Shown here: in pieces, positions 37,048 to 49,480 of the stretch
Layout: every line of letters starts with the position of its first letter
How positions within the stretch are numbered: position 1 is the stretch's first letter
Assembly: GCA_964270895.1 (NCBI GenBank)
Contig: OZ185443.1
Strand: one strand, 5' to 3'
DNA: 64,000 bases
Source: Podarcis filfolensis
Taxonomy: Eukaryota
Position numbers and translations under genes: made by a program
Notes under the pieces: generated by a model
Databases searched by the model: none
Seen by the model: the letters and a program-made list of their open reading frames with translations, nothing else
Told to the model about the DNA's origin: nothing

Positions 37048-37372
37048 CCGTATATACTCGAGTATAAGCCGACTTTTTCAGCACATTTTTTATGCTGAAA
37101 AAGCCCCCCTCGGCTTATACTCGAGTGAGGGTCCTTTCGGGCTGTTCCTTCCTCCTCCACCACCTTTGCCACTGTCGGTGGCGGCGGAGAAACGAGCAGT
37201 CCGAAAGCAGCCTTTTCAGGCTGCTTGTTCTTCCTCCGCCGCTGCCACCACCACCAGATTTGTGGTGTGGTGAACTGGCTTATACTCGAGTCAATAGGTT
37301 TTCTCAGTTTTTTGTGGTAAAATTAGGTGCCTCGGCTTATATTCGGGTCGGCTTATACTTGAGTATATACGG
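37048..37372. mobile_element. Tc1/mariner-superfamily MITE
   Basis: TIRs CCGTATATACTCGAGTATAAGCCGAC ... GTCGGCTTATACTTGAGTATATACGG-TA, plus internal repeats of the TIR core. Confidence 0.85.
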
Positions 37373-38336
37373 TATATGCTTATGCATTTAGAGTTCCATT
37401 TCTGTCCCTCCTATCTAGTGTCATCTGATGCTGCCATATTTTTATCTCCCTTCTCCAAACCCCAGTCCCTTGAATCTCCAATAGAACCTGGTTTCACCAT
37501 ATGAACTGTTAACCTATGTGGACAGAATCCTTAGCTGTGACTGGCTATCTTTGCACCTCTTCCCCTATGGAACCCTAATCCTGATGCTTCTAACAGTTCA
37601 AAACCAACATCTGGTTCTGTTGTATCCCCACAAACTGGATTTAGTGCCACATCAAACAAAATTGCAATGCAAAGGAAGGAAGTTGGGCCAGCACACTATA
37701 GGAGAAAGGGATCAAATACAATAGAATCCTGGACTTAATGGTTCTCCAGGAGTGCAATGGTGAGAAATTTCTCTCAATGGTGATAAATTGTCATGGATGC
37801 TTTAGAAAAGCTGTTCATGTCAACATTTCTTTCACACAATGGAAGGTAGAGAAGCTGTGTTCTTGTTCATATCTGGCCACCCTATCAAAGGCATTGGTTG
37901 CATGCTTACATTCTCCATAGAAAGGAGAGATCTTACCTTCCCCATCCTCCAGTTAGGATTAGGATTTTCAGTATTCAAGCCAGAACTGTTTCTCCTTTAT
38001 ATACCTGCTGAATCAGAAGAGGAAGTAGGGCTGCTTCTCTCATCTATCCTTACTTTCCCTCAGCCCTTTCCTTCTGTCCATCCCATTCATGCAGTGTGGG
38101 ATGTTTGCCATCCTCTTAACTATTCCAAGTGAAGTATGGAAAAGGAATCAAAAGACCTAGAGTGGTTGTGGTGAGGTGGAGAAAGCCACTTGCTGTTTTG
38201 TCTCCTGATTCTGCTTCAAATTTCATCACTGAATTTCTGGGTTGAAATATGGTGGCAATCCTTTTGGGGTAACCCTTGTTTCCATTTGCATCTTGAGAAA
38301 GGAAACAGAAACTACAGTCCTCAGCACACTGACTGA

Positions 38337-38545
38337 GAGAGCCGGAGCAGCATAGTGCTTAGAACCTGGGAGATCAGGAGTGAAATCCCTACTCAGCAAT
38401 GAAACTCACTGGGTGACCTTGGGCCAGTCACTGTCTCTCAGGCTAACCTTGCTCACAGAGATGCTATGGAGTCAAAATTGAGGGAAGAGAACCATGTAAG
38501 CTGCACTGAGCTCCTTGCAAAAAGAAAAAAGACAGGATATAAATA
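38337..38545 (+). mobile_element. Degraded CORE-type SINE
   Basis: CTGGGTGACCTTGGGCCAGTCACTGTCTCTCAG core. Confidence 0.65.
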
Positions 38546-39339
38546 TTGGAAGCAAGCAGATATGTAAAAACTTGAAAGTATTTGAAATCAATGGTGCTAT
38601 TTTTCTAGAAAAAGGGGTGCCAGAACTCACTATTAACACCTCCCTCTTTCCCTTAGAATGGCAATAGCATCCAGCTCAGGGGGGTTGGAACTGAGTGAGT
38701 TCTGGCTGAAAAAAGCCCTGAACTTACTTCCAAGGAAACCTCTCTCACACACACATTATTTTATTCTAAAGTTATGGAACTTCCCTTCCATATTGGTGCA
38801 TTTGCTACTGTATCCTCCCCTTAATCAAATGTGGTTTTGTGCATAATCCAAATAGTTTAGTAAGTATCTCCATGTTATCTCTTGACATTGCATGTTCCTA
38901 CATTGCAGTGTCTGACAAGGTACGCTGCCATAGATATTCCTGTTGCTCTTTTCAGAGGAGTTAGGTTTATGGATGCAAGCCTATATTTACTCCTCCTTGG
39001 CATCCTCTTTCAAGCAGCTTTCCCTAGCAAGTGATGTCATGTGTCAGAAAGCCCTAGTTTAAAAGGCATAATGCATAACACAGCTGTATCATTTAAAAGT
39101 TGGCATGCCTCTGGCATACAGTTATCCTTTCTCCCACCCCTTCAGGGCATATGTACAATCAACTGTGAGTAAGAGCTGTTTATTCAAGTGTGGAAAAGTG
39201 AACCCAAGCACACAGAAATACGGACAGTGACTGAGATTGGTGATTGGTCATAAGAAAACAGTTATACTTGATTACATCAGTGAAATTCTCAGTGGTGACA
39301 CAGAGGTCTATAATTGAAATGCTGCATGGTTGCGCTTTG

Positions 39340-39540
39340 TTCATTATTTCATTTATATCCCAACTTTCCACAAAGGAGCTCAAGGCAGCATATTCCCTCT
39401 CTCCCCATTTTATAGCAATCATAAACTCTGTGATATAGGTTAGGCTGAGAGAAAGTGATTGGTCTTAGGTCACCCACTGAGCTTCACGTGTGACTGAGTG
39501 TGACCACAGTTGCTTTCCAGTACACTACTCACTCTATGCC
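39340..39540 (-). mobile_element. Degraded CORE-type SINE
   Basis: GTGATATAGGTTAGGCTGAGAGAAAGTGATTGG..GTCACCCACTGAGCTTC, homologous to 32385-32618. Confidence 0.65.
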
Positions 39541-39587
39541 AGATCACCTTTTACAATTTGGTTTTTGGCGTAACTACCTTACACTGA

Positions 39588-39925
39588 GGGACGTAGATGG
39601 TGCTGTGGGTTAAACCACAGAGCCTAGAAGGTTGGCGGTTTGAATCCCCGCGACGGGGTGAGCTCCCGTTGCTCGGTCCCTGCTCCTGCCAACCTAGCAG
39701 TTCAAAAGCATGTTAAAGTACAAGTAGATAAATAGGTACCACTCTGGCGGGAAGGTTAACGGCGTTTCCGTGCGCTGCTCTGGTTCGCCAGAAGTGGCTT
39801 AGTCATGTTGGCCACATGACCCGGAAGCTATACGCCGGCTCCCTTGGCCAATAAAGCGAGATGAGCGCCACAACCCCAGAGTCGGTCACGACTGGACCTA
39901 ATGGTCAGGGGTCCCTTTACCTTTT
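39588..39925 (+). mobile_element. Sauria SINE, near full length
   Basis: tRNA-like head GGGACG..GGTTTGAATCCC, (TTTACC)n tail, 13-bp TSD TACCTTACACTGA. Confidence 0.95.
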
Positions 39926-40246
39926 TACCTTACACTGACTACTGCTGGAGATTGAGTTTTAAAGCAGATTTCAAAGACAGCATGTTTTAAGGCCTGTGCC
40001 TCCAAATGTCATTAAATGGTGCCTCCAGATTCAACTGCATACTGGAAATAAACAGGTCACCTGGAAGACAATATTTGCACAACATATTGCAGTAAAAGTG
40101 GGAAGTATGATAACCACTTTCTAAACCACTTTCCTCTGTAATATAGACACCATGAGCTTGTTTGAAGTGCAGGCTCCAGCCTTCTAACTGAGAGATCCTT
40201 TCCCCCTTTCTTTCTCCTCCTTTGGGATCTCTTCATCAGCAGGGTC

Positions 40247-40694
40247 AGTGCAGGATTTACCTATAAGCTAAACAAGCTATAGCTTAGGGCCCCACTCTCT
40301 TGGGGCCCCCCAAAAAATTTAAAGGGAAAACAAAACTGGATGTACATTTCCAAAATATAAGATAAAAAAACCAAATAAAATAAAATCTACATACAGCAAC
40401 AGTATTCTGTGTTGTGCAGGCTCCTATGATGTAAGTAATGGGCCCCACCTGCTAGACTTCTCCCTAAAATATCACTGGTTTGCTCATTTCTATATATAGG
40501 GTGCCTATGATAAAATACATATTTTGTTATGTGCAAATGGTTTTAGATACCTATTAGGTCTATAAATTACCATATAGCATATACTCAACACAAAAAAACA
40601 GTGACAGTTTATTGTTGACCAACGACAGCTGGCCATATAAAGGGCCCCATTACCTTCAGTAGCTTAGGGCCTCATCAAACCTAAATCTGGCCCT
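40247..40694. mobile_element. Non-autonomous DNA transposon (hAT-like)
   Basis: Ends CAGTGCAGGATTT... and ...AAATCTGGCCCT, with subterminal TAGCTTAGGGCC repeats. Confidence 0.6.
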
Positions 40695-41389
40695 CAGCAG
40701 AGCCTGCACACCTCCTAACACACAAACTGCTCCAGGGCCCTCCCAAGAGCAGGAAGCTCTTTCTGCCTCGCCTTACAAAGTTCCCCCACACCGTTACTGC
40801 CCAGACCTGCCTTTTGAACAGCTGCTACCCTCAGCTGGGGCTGACTTGGAAGCCGCCACTAGTCCCATGGAAAAATAAATTGGGATTATTTCCTTCTGAG
40901 TTAATAAAAAATAATAATCTTCCCCTATTGTTTAAGCATCTTTCTCCCTTCTCCCCTTCTCTGTGTGTACTGTTTGTATGTGTGTGTGTGTGTTCCTTGT
41001 GTCTATGTCTCCCTTCTCCCCTTCTGTAGGTGCACGTGTGTGTTTGTGTCCATCCTTATTTCAGACATCAAGATATATTGGTATATCGCAATGTTTAGCT
41101 GGTGATATATTACGACGTTGAAAAACATACATCGCCCTGCCCTAATGTCAAATGATATGTGGATGCTGTGAAAGATTTGCTTGCCTGAGGAGCACCCATC
41201 CCACAATAAAACACCCATCTGGACGCGTCCTTTGCATTTTTGCTCAAATCATGTTCACTGTGTATTTAACGTAGTCAACATTCTGAATGCAGAAATTCCA
41301 CTTACCAACTCGCAGGCATTTGGACAGCAACAGCTATTCAGTATTAATTTTAAACATAGTATATAAACATGTTTAAACAGTGCATGCAT

Positions 41390-41414
41390 ACACACACACA
41401 CACACACACACAAA

Positions 41415-41451
<37 letters not shown>
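41390..41451. repeat. Compound (AC)n/(AT)n microsatellite
   Basis: Seen directly. Confidence 0.97.
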
Positions 41452-41454
<3 letters not shown>

Positions 41455-42169
41455 CTTTTTCCAGCTTTGATCACATAAACAAGTCACCAACGTTTCCCAG
41501 ACAAGGGAATCTAGGACAAAGACATTTTTAGGTCATGTCCAGCTCGATTAATACAGAAATACCTAGAGTCTCATATTGAATATGAAATAGCCTGCATAAT
41601 TTAATCAGAGTTTTAGTGGCACTAAGCCTCTTCCTAACGCACTACTACTTTTGCTAGGCTGAAACATATACAGAGAATGAAGTCTTAATACAACAAGAGT
41701 TCACATCCACATTTGGCTATTCATTATTATTATTATTACTTTATAACAAATATAGTATCATTTTGCATTCTTCCCTCTTCCCTCTTCTCTAAACAGCACA
41801 AAGTTCAAGGCAGTCATTTTCCTTTGGAGAGGAGCACAGAAAAATGGTGGTCTACAGTCTGTTATAGGAATTAAAGGAGCACAAAAGCAAGCACACATTG
41901 CCAGAAGTGTATATGCTTCACAACTAAAACAGTAAGTGTGTATTTTTTATCAGCTGCATGGGAAATGCCAACTACTGTATGACCATACCTGAATAGAGAT
42001 AGCCCTGCCCAGTCATCCAGTATCTGGAAACCACCCATTTGGATCACTGTAACATAGCGAAGCCATCCTTGCATAAACTCAGCAGGCATGTGTCTGCATC
42101 CTAAAAAGCTTCAGATGTTTTTTTGAAGAAACATTCAAAGGAGATAGCTATTCAATTGTTACTTCACAC

Positions 42170-42815
42170 CCTATTATGTTCCTGGGCCAGGTTCAAAGTT
42201 CTTGTGTTAAATTACAAGGCCCTTTACAACTGGGGTCCAGGATACTTTAAGGGACAGCTGATTCTTTATATTCTTGCCTGATCTATGTGATATTCAGGTG
42301 AGCTGCTGTTACTGCCCCATCCTATGGATCAGAGGCACACCTTGTAACAACCACTGTACAGTGGTACCTCAGGTTACATACGCTTCAGGTTACATATGCT
42401 TCAGGTTAAAGACTCCGCTAACCCAGAAATAGTGCTTCAGGTTAAGAACTTTGCTTCAGGATGAGAACAGAAATTGTGCTCCGGCGGCACGGCAGCAGCA
42501 GGAGGCCCCATTAGCAAAAGCGGTGCTTCAGGTTAAGAACAGTTTCAGGTTAAGTGCGGACCTCCAGAACGAATTAGGTACTTAACCTGAGGTACCACTG
42601 TACATTCAGTATTGTACAGGCCCAATCCTGTGGGTAGCCCTTCTGACTGAAATCTGACAGGCCTCCTCTCTGCTGAACTTCAGGTGCACAACAGACTTTC
42701 ATACTTCAGGCATCTTTATTAAGTTTAATTGCTCTTCGTGTTGTTGTTGTTTTAACATTTTATGTTTACCACTTAGAAGTTCTGAATATTAAGCAGTGTG
42801 AAATAAATAATAAAA
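42170..42815 (+). mobile_element. L2 LINE 3' remnant interrupted by a MITE
   Basis: Translates as ARFKVLVLNYKALYNWGPGYFK (an L2 ORF2 C-terminal motif) and ends in an AAAT-rich tail. Confidence 0.7.
42359..42600. mobile_element. Tigger/pogo-like MITE, copy 2, nested in an L2 remnant
   Basis: Same TIRs and TA TSD as 12277-12534. Confidence 0.9.
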
Positions 42816-43939
42816 AGGTTGTTACCCTAAAACAGGTGTGTAATGCTGATGCGAGATGAAATGACCCAATTTACCCGAGCCTCATATTTCCTCGCTGCAG
42901 ACATTACTGTGAGTAACGTGGAACCTTGCCATTCAGAAGTAGTTTCCGTTATCTCTGGTAATGTATTAATCCAGCATAAAATCCGCTTTTGATCCTTCTC
43001 TTTCTATAAAAAATTAACCTTAGAAATTCACATGAAATTCTTTTCTCCCAGCCCCCTCTGAAAATCCATTTAGCTTCCTTTTCATTATGGAAATTCAATT
43101 CCAGGCATTTCCCTCCATTCTTGTGTGCATAAAAACTTAGTTGGAGCTGAACATCAGCACAGGCGGGGAAAAAATCCTCGTTCCAATATAAAATATAATT
43201 TTGGCTCAAGTTATAATTTAAATGTGATGGATGATCAGTTTCCTGCATTAGATTGCAATAATATCCCTACTATCCCTGGTAATTCAGCTTTCAGAGGAGA
43301 AAGTCATTTTTAAAATTAGAAATAGCTGCGGAATGAGATGATGCTTTCGTTCTTTCTTTCATTGGTACCCTCATACTGTTACCATGAAAGAAAGCCCAGC
43401 TATAACCAGTTCTGTCAACTTCATTGGGGTCAAGGCATCACCTTGTTTCCCCAATTTACAGCACTTTTATTCTGTCCTGCTGACAATGTGCTTAATGAAT
43501 GCAAAGATATTGTAGCAATACTGGCCACTTCAAAGATGTTTCAGTGCAAAGGGATTCAGTATAATTACTGCAATCCAGCCTCCGTGTGATAAGAATATGG
43601 AAAGTACTGGCACACAGAAGCAATTTTTCCTGTGGATGCCAGAACACCTGAAAGGCAGTCATTAAATGGATGTCCTGTGAGCATTCAACTGGTGGCTGGT
43701 AGCACGGGCATGGAGGTTCCTTGTCAGAAAGGTCATATCATGAACAATTTCCATACTTGGTTTGTTGGCTGGGAAATATCACTCTTGCTAGGGGTGTGTT
43801 GCAAAAGGTCCTAGCTTCATAGCCCAGACAAACTCTGTGGAAGAGAAGGTGGAGTCCTGCTTAGGGTACAGATTTATCTCCATTACAAACCCTGCTGTGG
43901 AAGAGAGTTGCTCTAGCTTCTTCTTTTTTGTATGTGCAG

Positions 43940-44075
43940 AGGCCATAACTCAGTGGCAGAGCACATACTTTCTATGCAGAAGGTCCCAAGTTCAGTCCTT
44001 GGCATCTACAGGGCTGAAACCCTGGAGAGCCAATGAAAGTCAGTGTAAGCACATTGTAAGAGCCTTTATACTGGA
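43940..44075 (+). mobile_element. tRNA-derived SINE fragment (family also at about 1215-1325, 2320-2420, 24165-24260, 55960-56065)
   Basis: ATAACTCAGTGGCAGAGCAC..CAGAAGGTCCCAAGTTCAGTCC head followed by the shared GAAACCCTGGA..GCCAGTCAGTGTA segment. Confidence 0.6.
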
Positions 44076-45043
44076 TCAGACCAAAGGCCTTTCTAGCCCT
44101 GTTCTCACAGTAGTCAACCAGTTACCTACAAGCAAGACATGTTCAAAACATCACTCTCCCAGCAACCTGATCCCTTGCTGGCCTACAACTTTCAACAGTC
44201 CAAGCCAGGTTGGTCAATGAACAAGAAAGATGGGAGCTGTAGTCCAAGAACAACTGGATGGCACAACATTGACATAACCATAGTGCAGATAATACTGAGC
44301 TGGATGGATCAATTATATAACTTTATATTTATCTATATCCCGCTTTTCCACCAAGAAGGGAGCTCCATAATATCCTATGGGTTCTGGCTGTTCCCTCCTG
44401 GAGACCATAGGATTGCATTCTTAACCTGACTCAAAGCAGCTCGTTCAAACAGGCATTTGCTTTCCTTTCCATCATGAATTCCCCTTTCCCTTCTTTGTAG
44501 GCCTTAACCATAGTTTAAAAATAGATCTGCTCTAACGCTAGTTAGAGCAAGACATACTGAGCCAAACCTTGGTTTAGTGAGACAGCATGCATGTGTCGGC
44601 TGTCAGTAAGGAGTTTGCAGGCGCTTTGGGTTTCTGCCATCACTGCGTCTCTCCCCTCACTAACCATGGCCTCTATGCATGGTATGTTCTTTCCTGTAGC
44701 TTGTGGTTAGTGAAGAGAGAGCTTCATCACAAGTCGCAGTTTGGGCATCATGCTGAACCTAATTTTAGCTCAGCGCAGTGCAGCAGCAAAAAAAACAACA
44801 ACAGCGGATCAGGGCGGAGCAAAGTTGCTGCAAGCTGTGTGAATCAGCTCCGTGAGCAGGGATACCATAATAATTAGGTTTTTAAACCAGGGTTCGAAGT
44901 CAGTTTAAAAACTGATTTGATATGGAAACTCATTAGCAACATTAATAACAATAACTGTTATTATTGCTTCTCAAAATTGACAGAGCCATGTTCATAGCTG
45001 AACTCTTGTGTAGCTCCCTTAAATGTGAAGAGAGTTATTGATA

Positions 45044-45285
45044 CAGTGGTACCTCGGGTTACATACGCTTCAGGTTACATACGCTTCAGGTTACACACTC
45101 TGTTAACCCAGAAATATTGCTTCAGGTTAAGAACTTTGCTTCAGGATGAGAACAGAAATTGTGCTCCGGCGGCGCAGCAGCAGCAGGAGGCCCCGTTAGC
45201 TAAAGTGGTGCTTCAGGTTAAGAACAGTTTCAGGTTAAGTACGGACCTCCGGAACGAATTAAGTACTTAACCTGAGGTACCATTG
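45044..45285. mobile_element. Tigger/pogo-like MITE, copy 3
   Basis: Same TIRs and TA TSD as 12277-12534. Confidence 0.9.
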
Positions 45286-46023
45286 TACTGTCAGCCGCCC
45301 AGAGAACATTGTTACTGACTGGAAAATAAATAAATAAATAAATAAATAAATATTGTACAGTACGTATTCCTGAAAGTTTATGTCCATACCCTTCAGCGAA
45401 TTTTTTAAAAAAGATTATTCACTGAGCATTATCCATATTTATTTTAAAATGATAACATTTTTAGAAAAAATATATATAATTAGATTTAACAATTAAAATG
45501 CTGATTCCCCCCTCAACATTCCAAACTGCATATCTAATGCAATTGTTCTACACCAGATGTCCCTTTTTTCTCAACTATTATGAGTCATCTCCTTTGCTAA
45601 AAATTGTAATTAACCTAAATATAAAGTAACTTAAGTATGCATTAGAAATGCAAAATACAACTGGTAAATGTAACCCCAGACCTTTATGATTCACTGAAGC
45701 TTAATCATACATGTGCACAGCTTAATAGAATTTATTATTGCACGTTAGGAAGAATATATAAATAATCATGAGGAATAATGGCTATTATAAATTAAAGGAT
45801 TATTAAAGACTACATAGCTTAATTGTAAGCATCTGCTTAAAAGACTCAGATCAAGACAGCACATTAAGTGTCTAAACACACACAAACAAACATGGACACT
45901 AGTACTTAGGAGCATATTACATTACCCTAAATAAATTATTTGCATGTGTACTTTTCACCAGTTGGCCAGAATGTATTACTTTAGATTACCTTGGGCAAGA
46001 TAAAGCAACTAACAAATTTAATA

Positions 46024-46062
<39 letters not shown>
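46024..46062. repeat. (TAA)n microsatellite
   Basis: Seen directly. Confidence 0.97.
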
Positions 46063-46063
<1 letters not shown>

Positions 46064-46147
46064 TGGGCAGATATACATAATCCAAGAAGAACTACCACTC
46101 ACTGTGTGTATTCTACTATAGCATCACAGACAGTAGAGCCTATTGAT

Positions 46148-46400
46148 CAGGGGTCAGCAAACATTTTCAGCAGGAGGCTGGTCCACTGTCCCACACACCT
46201 TGTGGGGGGCCGGACTATATTTTTTTCAAAAAAATTATGAACGAATTCCTATGCCCCACAGATAACCCAGAGATGCATTTTAAATAAAAGCACACATTCT
46301 ACTCATGTAAAAACATGTTGATTCCTGGACCGTCCGCGGACTGCATTTAGAAGGCAATTAGGCTGGCTCCAGCTCCCGGGCCTTAGTTTGCCTACCCATG
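46148..46400 (+). mobile_element. hAT-type MITE
   Basis: CAGGGGTCAGCAAAC ... GTTTGCCTACCCATG with a perfect 8-bp TSD CTATTGAT. Confidence 0.85.
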
Positions 46401-46436
46401 CTATTGATCAAACTAGACGTTACTTTGATTGCATAG

Positions 46437-46871
46437 TGTAATGGTTATAGGGGTTGCTCGTGCGTAAGTTGCCGCCACTCCTGGCTAGGTTACCTGGTTG
46501 AACCCTTTCTGTCTGGACAGCCCTTCACTTCGTGGCTGTTTCAGTCGCTGGCAGAATCCGTCAGTGGGCGTTTCTTGAACTTCTTCCAGCAAAGAAGTTC
46601 TTTGATGCCAAGTCTCCTCCTACTCTCCCTGCGCGGAAGTCTTCTGCGCAGGGAGGGTGTGGGCAGCGGGGCACCCGTGCTCTCTCCGCTGGTCTCCGGT
46701 GAAGAGTCCTGCAGCCTCCTCTCCGATTCCCCCATCTGCCCCCCTTCTCCACTGGTGTTACGCTGATTTCCTTCCCCAGCAGATGGGCTGCCTCTCTGCC
46801 TGCTGGGACCCTCTCCGGCATCCCTCTGGAGCCTTCCCTCCACCTCTGGCTCCGATGGCAGTTCCCTGACA
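46437..46871 (-). mobile_element. Solo LTR-like element (435 bp)
   Basis: TG...CA ends, perfect 5-bp TSD CATAG (46432-46436, 46872-46876), GC-rich interior. Confidence 0.75.
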
Positions 46872-47250
46872 CATAGTTAGCAACCACGTCAAGCACAGAG
46901 CACCTGATTTTCACTGGCACTTGTGTGCATGGATGGGGAAGGAAGGTTAATGGCCTTAGGCTGAAAATCTCCCATTGATACCAAACAAGAGTTACCCAGG
47001 TATCAGGATTGTAGCTGGGGAAAGAAGGATTAAACCTCTCCCTGCAATTGGTGGTCCTAATTGTAATTAGAGGAGGGGGTCTTGCTCAGTCGGATAACAC
47101 ATACTTTGCATACAGAAAGTTTCAAGTAGAATACTTGGAAACTGTAATTAAAAGAGTTCCAGGTACTTCAGCAGAATGCTAGTTTAGATTTTAAATGACT
47201 CTGGAGAATCAGGGGAGGCTTCCTTGGTTCTGCTGTTGTTTTGTAGTAAA

Positions 47251-47476
47251 GTAAAAGTAAAGGGACCCCTGACCATTAGGTCCAGTCGTGACCGACTCTG
47301 GGGTTGCAGCACTCATCTCACTTTATTGGCCGAGGGAGCTGGAGTACAGCTTCTGGGTCATGTGGCCAGCATGACTAAGCCGCTTCTGGCGAACCAGAGC
47401 AGCGCACGGAAACACCGTTTACCTTCCCGCTGGAGTGGTACCTATTTATCTACATGCACTTTGACGTGCTTTCGAA
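47251..47476 (-). mobile_element. Sauria SINE, 5'-truncated, with 50-bp flanking duplication
   Basis: Reverse complement of the SINE 3' half, flanked by direct repeats at 47201-47250 and 47477-47526. Confidence 0.9.
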
Positions 47477-49125
47477 CTGGAGAATCAAGGGAGGCTTCCT
47501 TGGTTCTGCTGTTGTTTTGTGGTAAATGTTCACCTAAGTGAGTACATCAAAGGTTCATATCATCTTAACTATTTAAAATAACTGTAGTACTGATGATCAG
47601 AGGCACAGAACAAACAAACACGATTGCAACAACAGTACCAGCAGTTTGCTTTATCAGTTAGTTTGCATCGTCAAGCAACTTGTTAAGGATCAGAGTGAAT
47701 GAATTGCCGGATCCTGGCCAAGAATTCCAGCTCCTCACTATTGCAAATGAAAGATCTCCTGTATCAAAAGTGGGCATTCTTTGCCCTTCCACACAGAATC
47801 ATGGGGAGAGGGCTAGAAAGCACAGCCAAACTCCTCCCCACAAAAGTTATTAGAACAAATAACTAATAATGCATGCATAGAGATTCCAGTGAATATCCTT
47901 ACATCTTAATTAAGAGATTTTACCAGACCTCAGTAATGTACAGTTAAACAGGAGAAGTTAAAGGAACAAGGATGATTTCCCCTTGCACATTTTCAACTGC
48001 CTTTGCCACTTTGCAGTTCTGTTCTCCTCACACTGTCACTGTGAGTTATTCTCACAGGAAACACTGAATATCAAAGTCAAGTTCCCTTTTCTGTACTAAG
48101 GACTTGGCACCGAGTTCAGGGCATGAAATTTCCCTTTAGCTTACATGATAGTGTTAATCACAGGTGAGCAAGAGATGAAAAATTTATTGAACAGATAAAT
48201 GATGCAGGGCTTAGAAAAGTTTGGAGCAAGATATTTTGACCCTGGTCCAACAATGGACATCAGCGTGTGCAGCAAGCAGGCTTTCCTCTCTCCCTGTTAG
48301 AGGAAACAAACCATGTGTGCTTCCAGTGCCTTTTCAAAACATTTATAATAGACTACTAGCTTTGTAAATCTTATGACAGTCATATTTGCCCCAAGTGGGG
48401 GGTGGGGGGGAGTTCCACTGCACAAGCAAAAATCCTTGCACTAATGAATGATCGGAGTGGATATCACCCATTCTTTCCAATCTTACAGTAAATATCAGTG
48501 TACCTCACATGTTATAAGAAAGATGCCATTTTAGTTGGTAGCAGCTGGTATTTACTTTATTGAGTGGGAGGGTGGGTTCATACATCCATGCTCAGCCCTT
48601 GATATTCCATTGCTTGATTATTCAACCCTTTATGCATGACTGCACTGGAAAACATTGTTGGCATCAAGTGATAACAGGGATCTGTATTTGATTTGCAGCA
48701 CTTAATAGTCTTCCAATTATGAACAGGCATGTTTAAACAGAAGATTTGGGAACCAACAGGCTCTCAACTACATGGGGAGCATTCATAAGAAATAGATGGC
48801 ATGTGAAATCGCACTGCAGTTTTCTTCATAGTATCATTGCTCTGGGGATCAGGACTAAAGAAGATAGAAGATAATCACATGAACATGGGATAACAAACCT
48901 GAGATAAGAACTCCGAATAATAATCATCAGTTTACCAACTTAATCATCAGACCACATTAATATCCACAAGCTCAATATTAAAATACATAGCCTCAAAAGA
49001 ACTTGCCTCATGTAAGAAAACAACTCACAATATTTATTATATAAATAAGCTCTGATGAAGTATTTTTTTGTATAGGGCTTTATTTAGAAGTAGCTTTATT
49101 TCTAATAAAGCTTTATTTCAAATAA

Positions 49126-49480
49126 GGGACACGGGTGGCGCTGTGGTCTAAACCACAGAGCCTAGGGCTTGCCGATCAGAAGGTCGGTGGTTCAAATCCC
49201 CGCGACGGGGTTAGCTCCCGTTGCTCGGTCCCTGCTCCTGCCAACGTAGCAGTTCGAAAGCACGTCAAAGTGCAAGTAGATAAATAGGTACCGCTCCAGC
49301 GGGAAGGTAAACGGCGTTTCTGTGCACTGCTCTGGTTCGCCAGAAGCGGCTTAGTCATGCTGGCCACATGACCCGGAAGCTGTACGCCGGCTCCCTCGGC
49401 CAATAACGTGAGATGAGTGCCGCAACCCCAGAGTTGGTCACAACTGGACCTAATTGTCAGGGGTCCCTTTACCTTTTACC
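49126..49480 (+). mobile_element. Sauria SINE, full length
   Basis: Head with A and B box-like motifs (GGTGGCGCTGTGG, GGTTCAAATCCC) and a (TTTACC)n tail. Confidence 0.95.

Noticed and set aside
39588-39670. tRNA genes
   Set aside because: All A/B-box-like sequences are SINE heads followed by SINE bodies; none forms a complete cloverleaf with a terminator.
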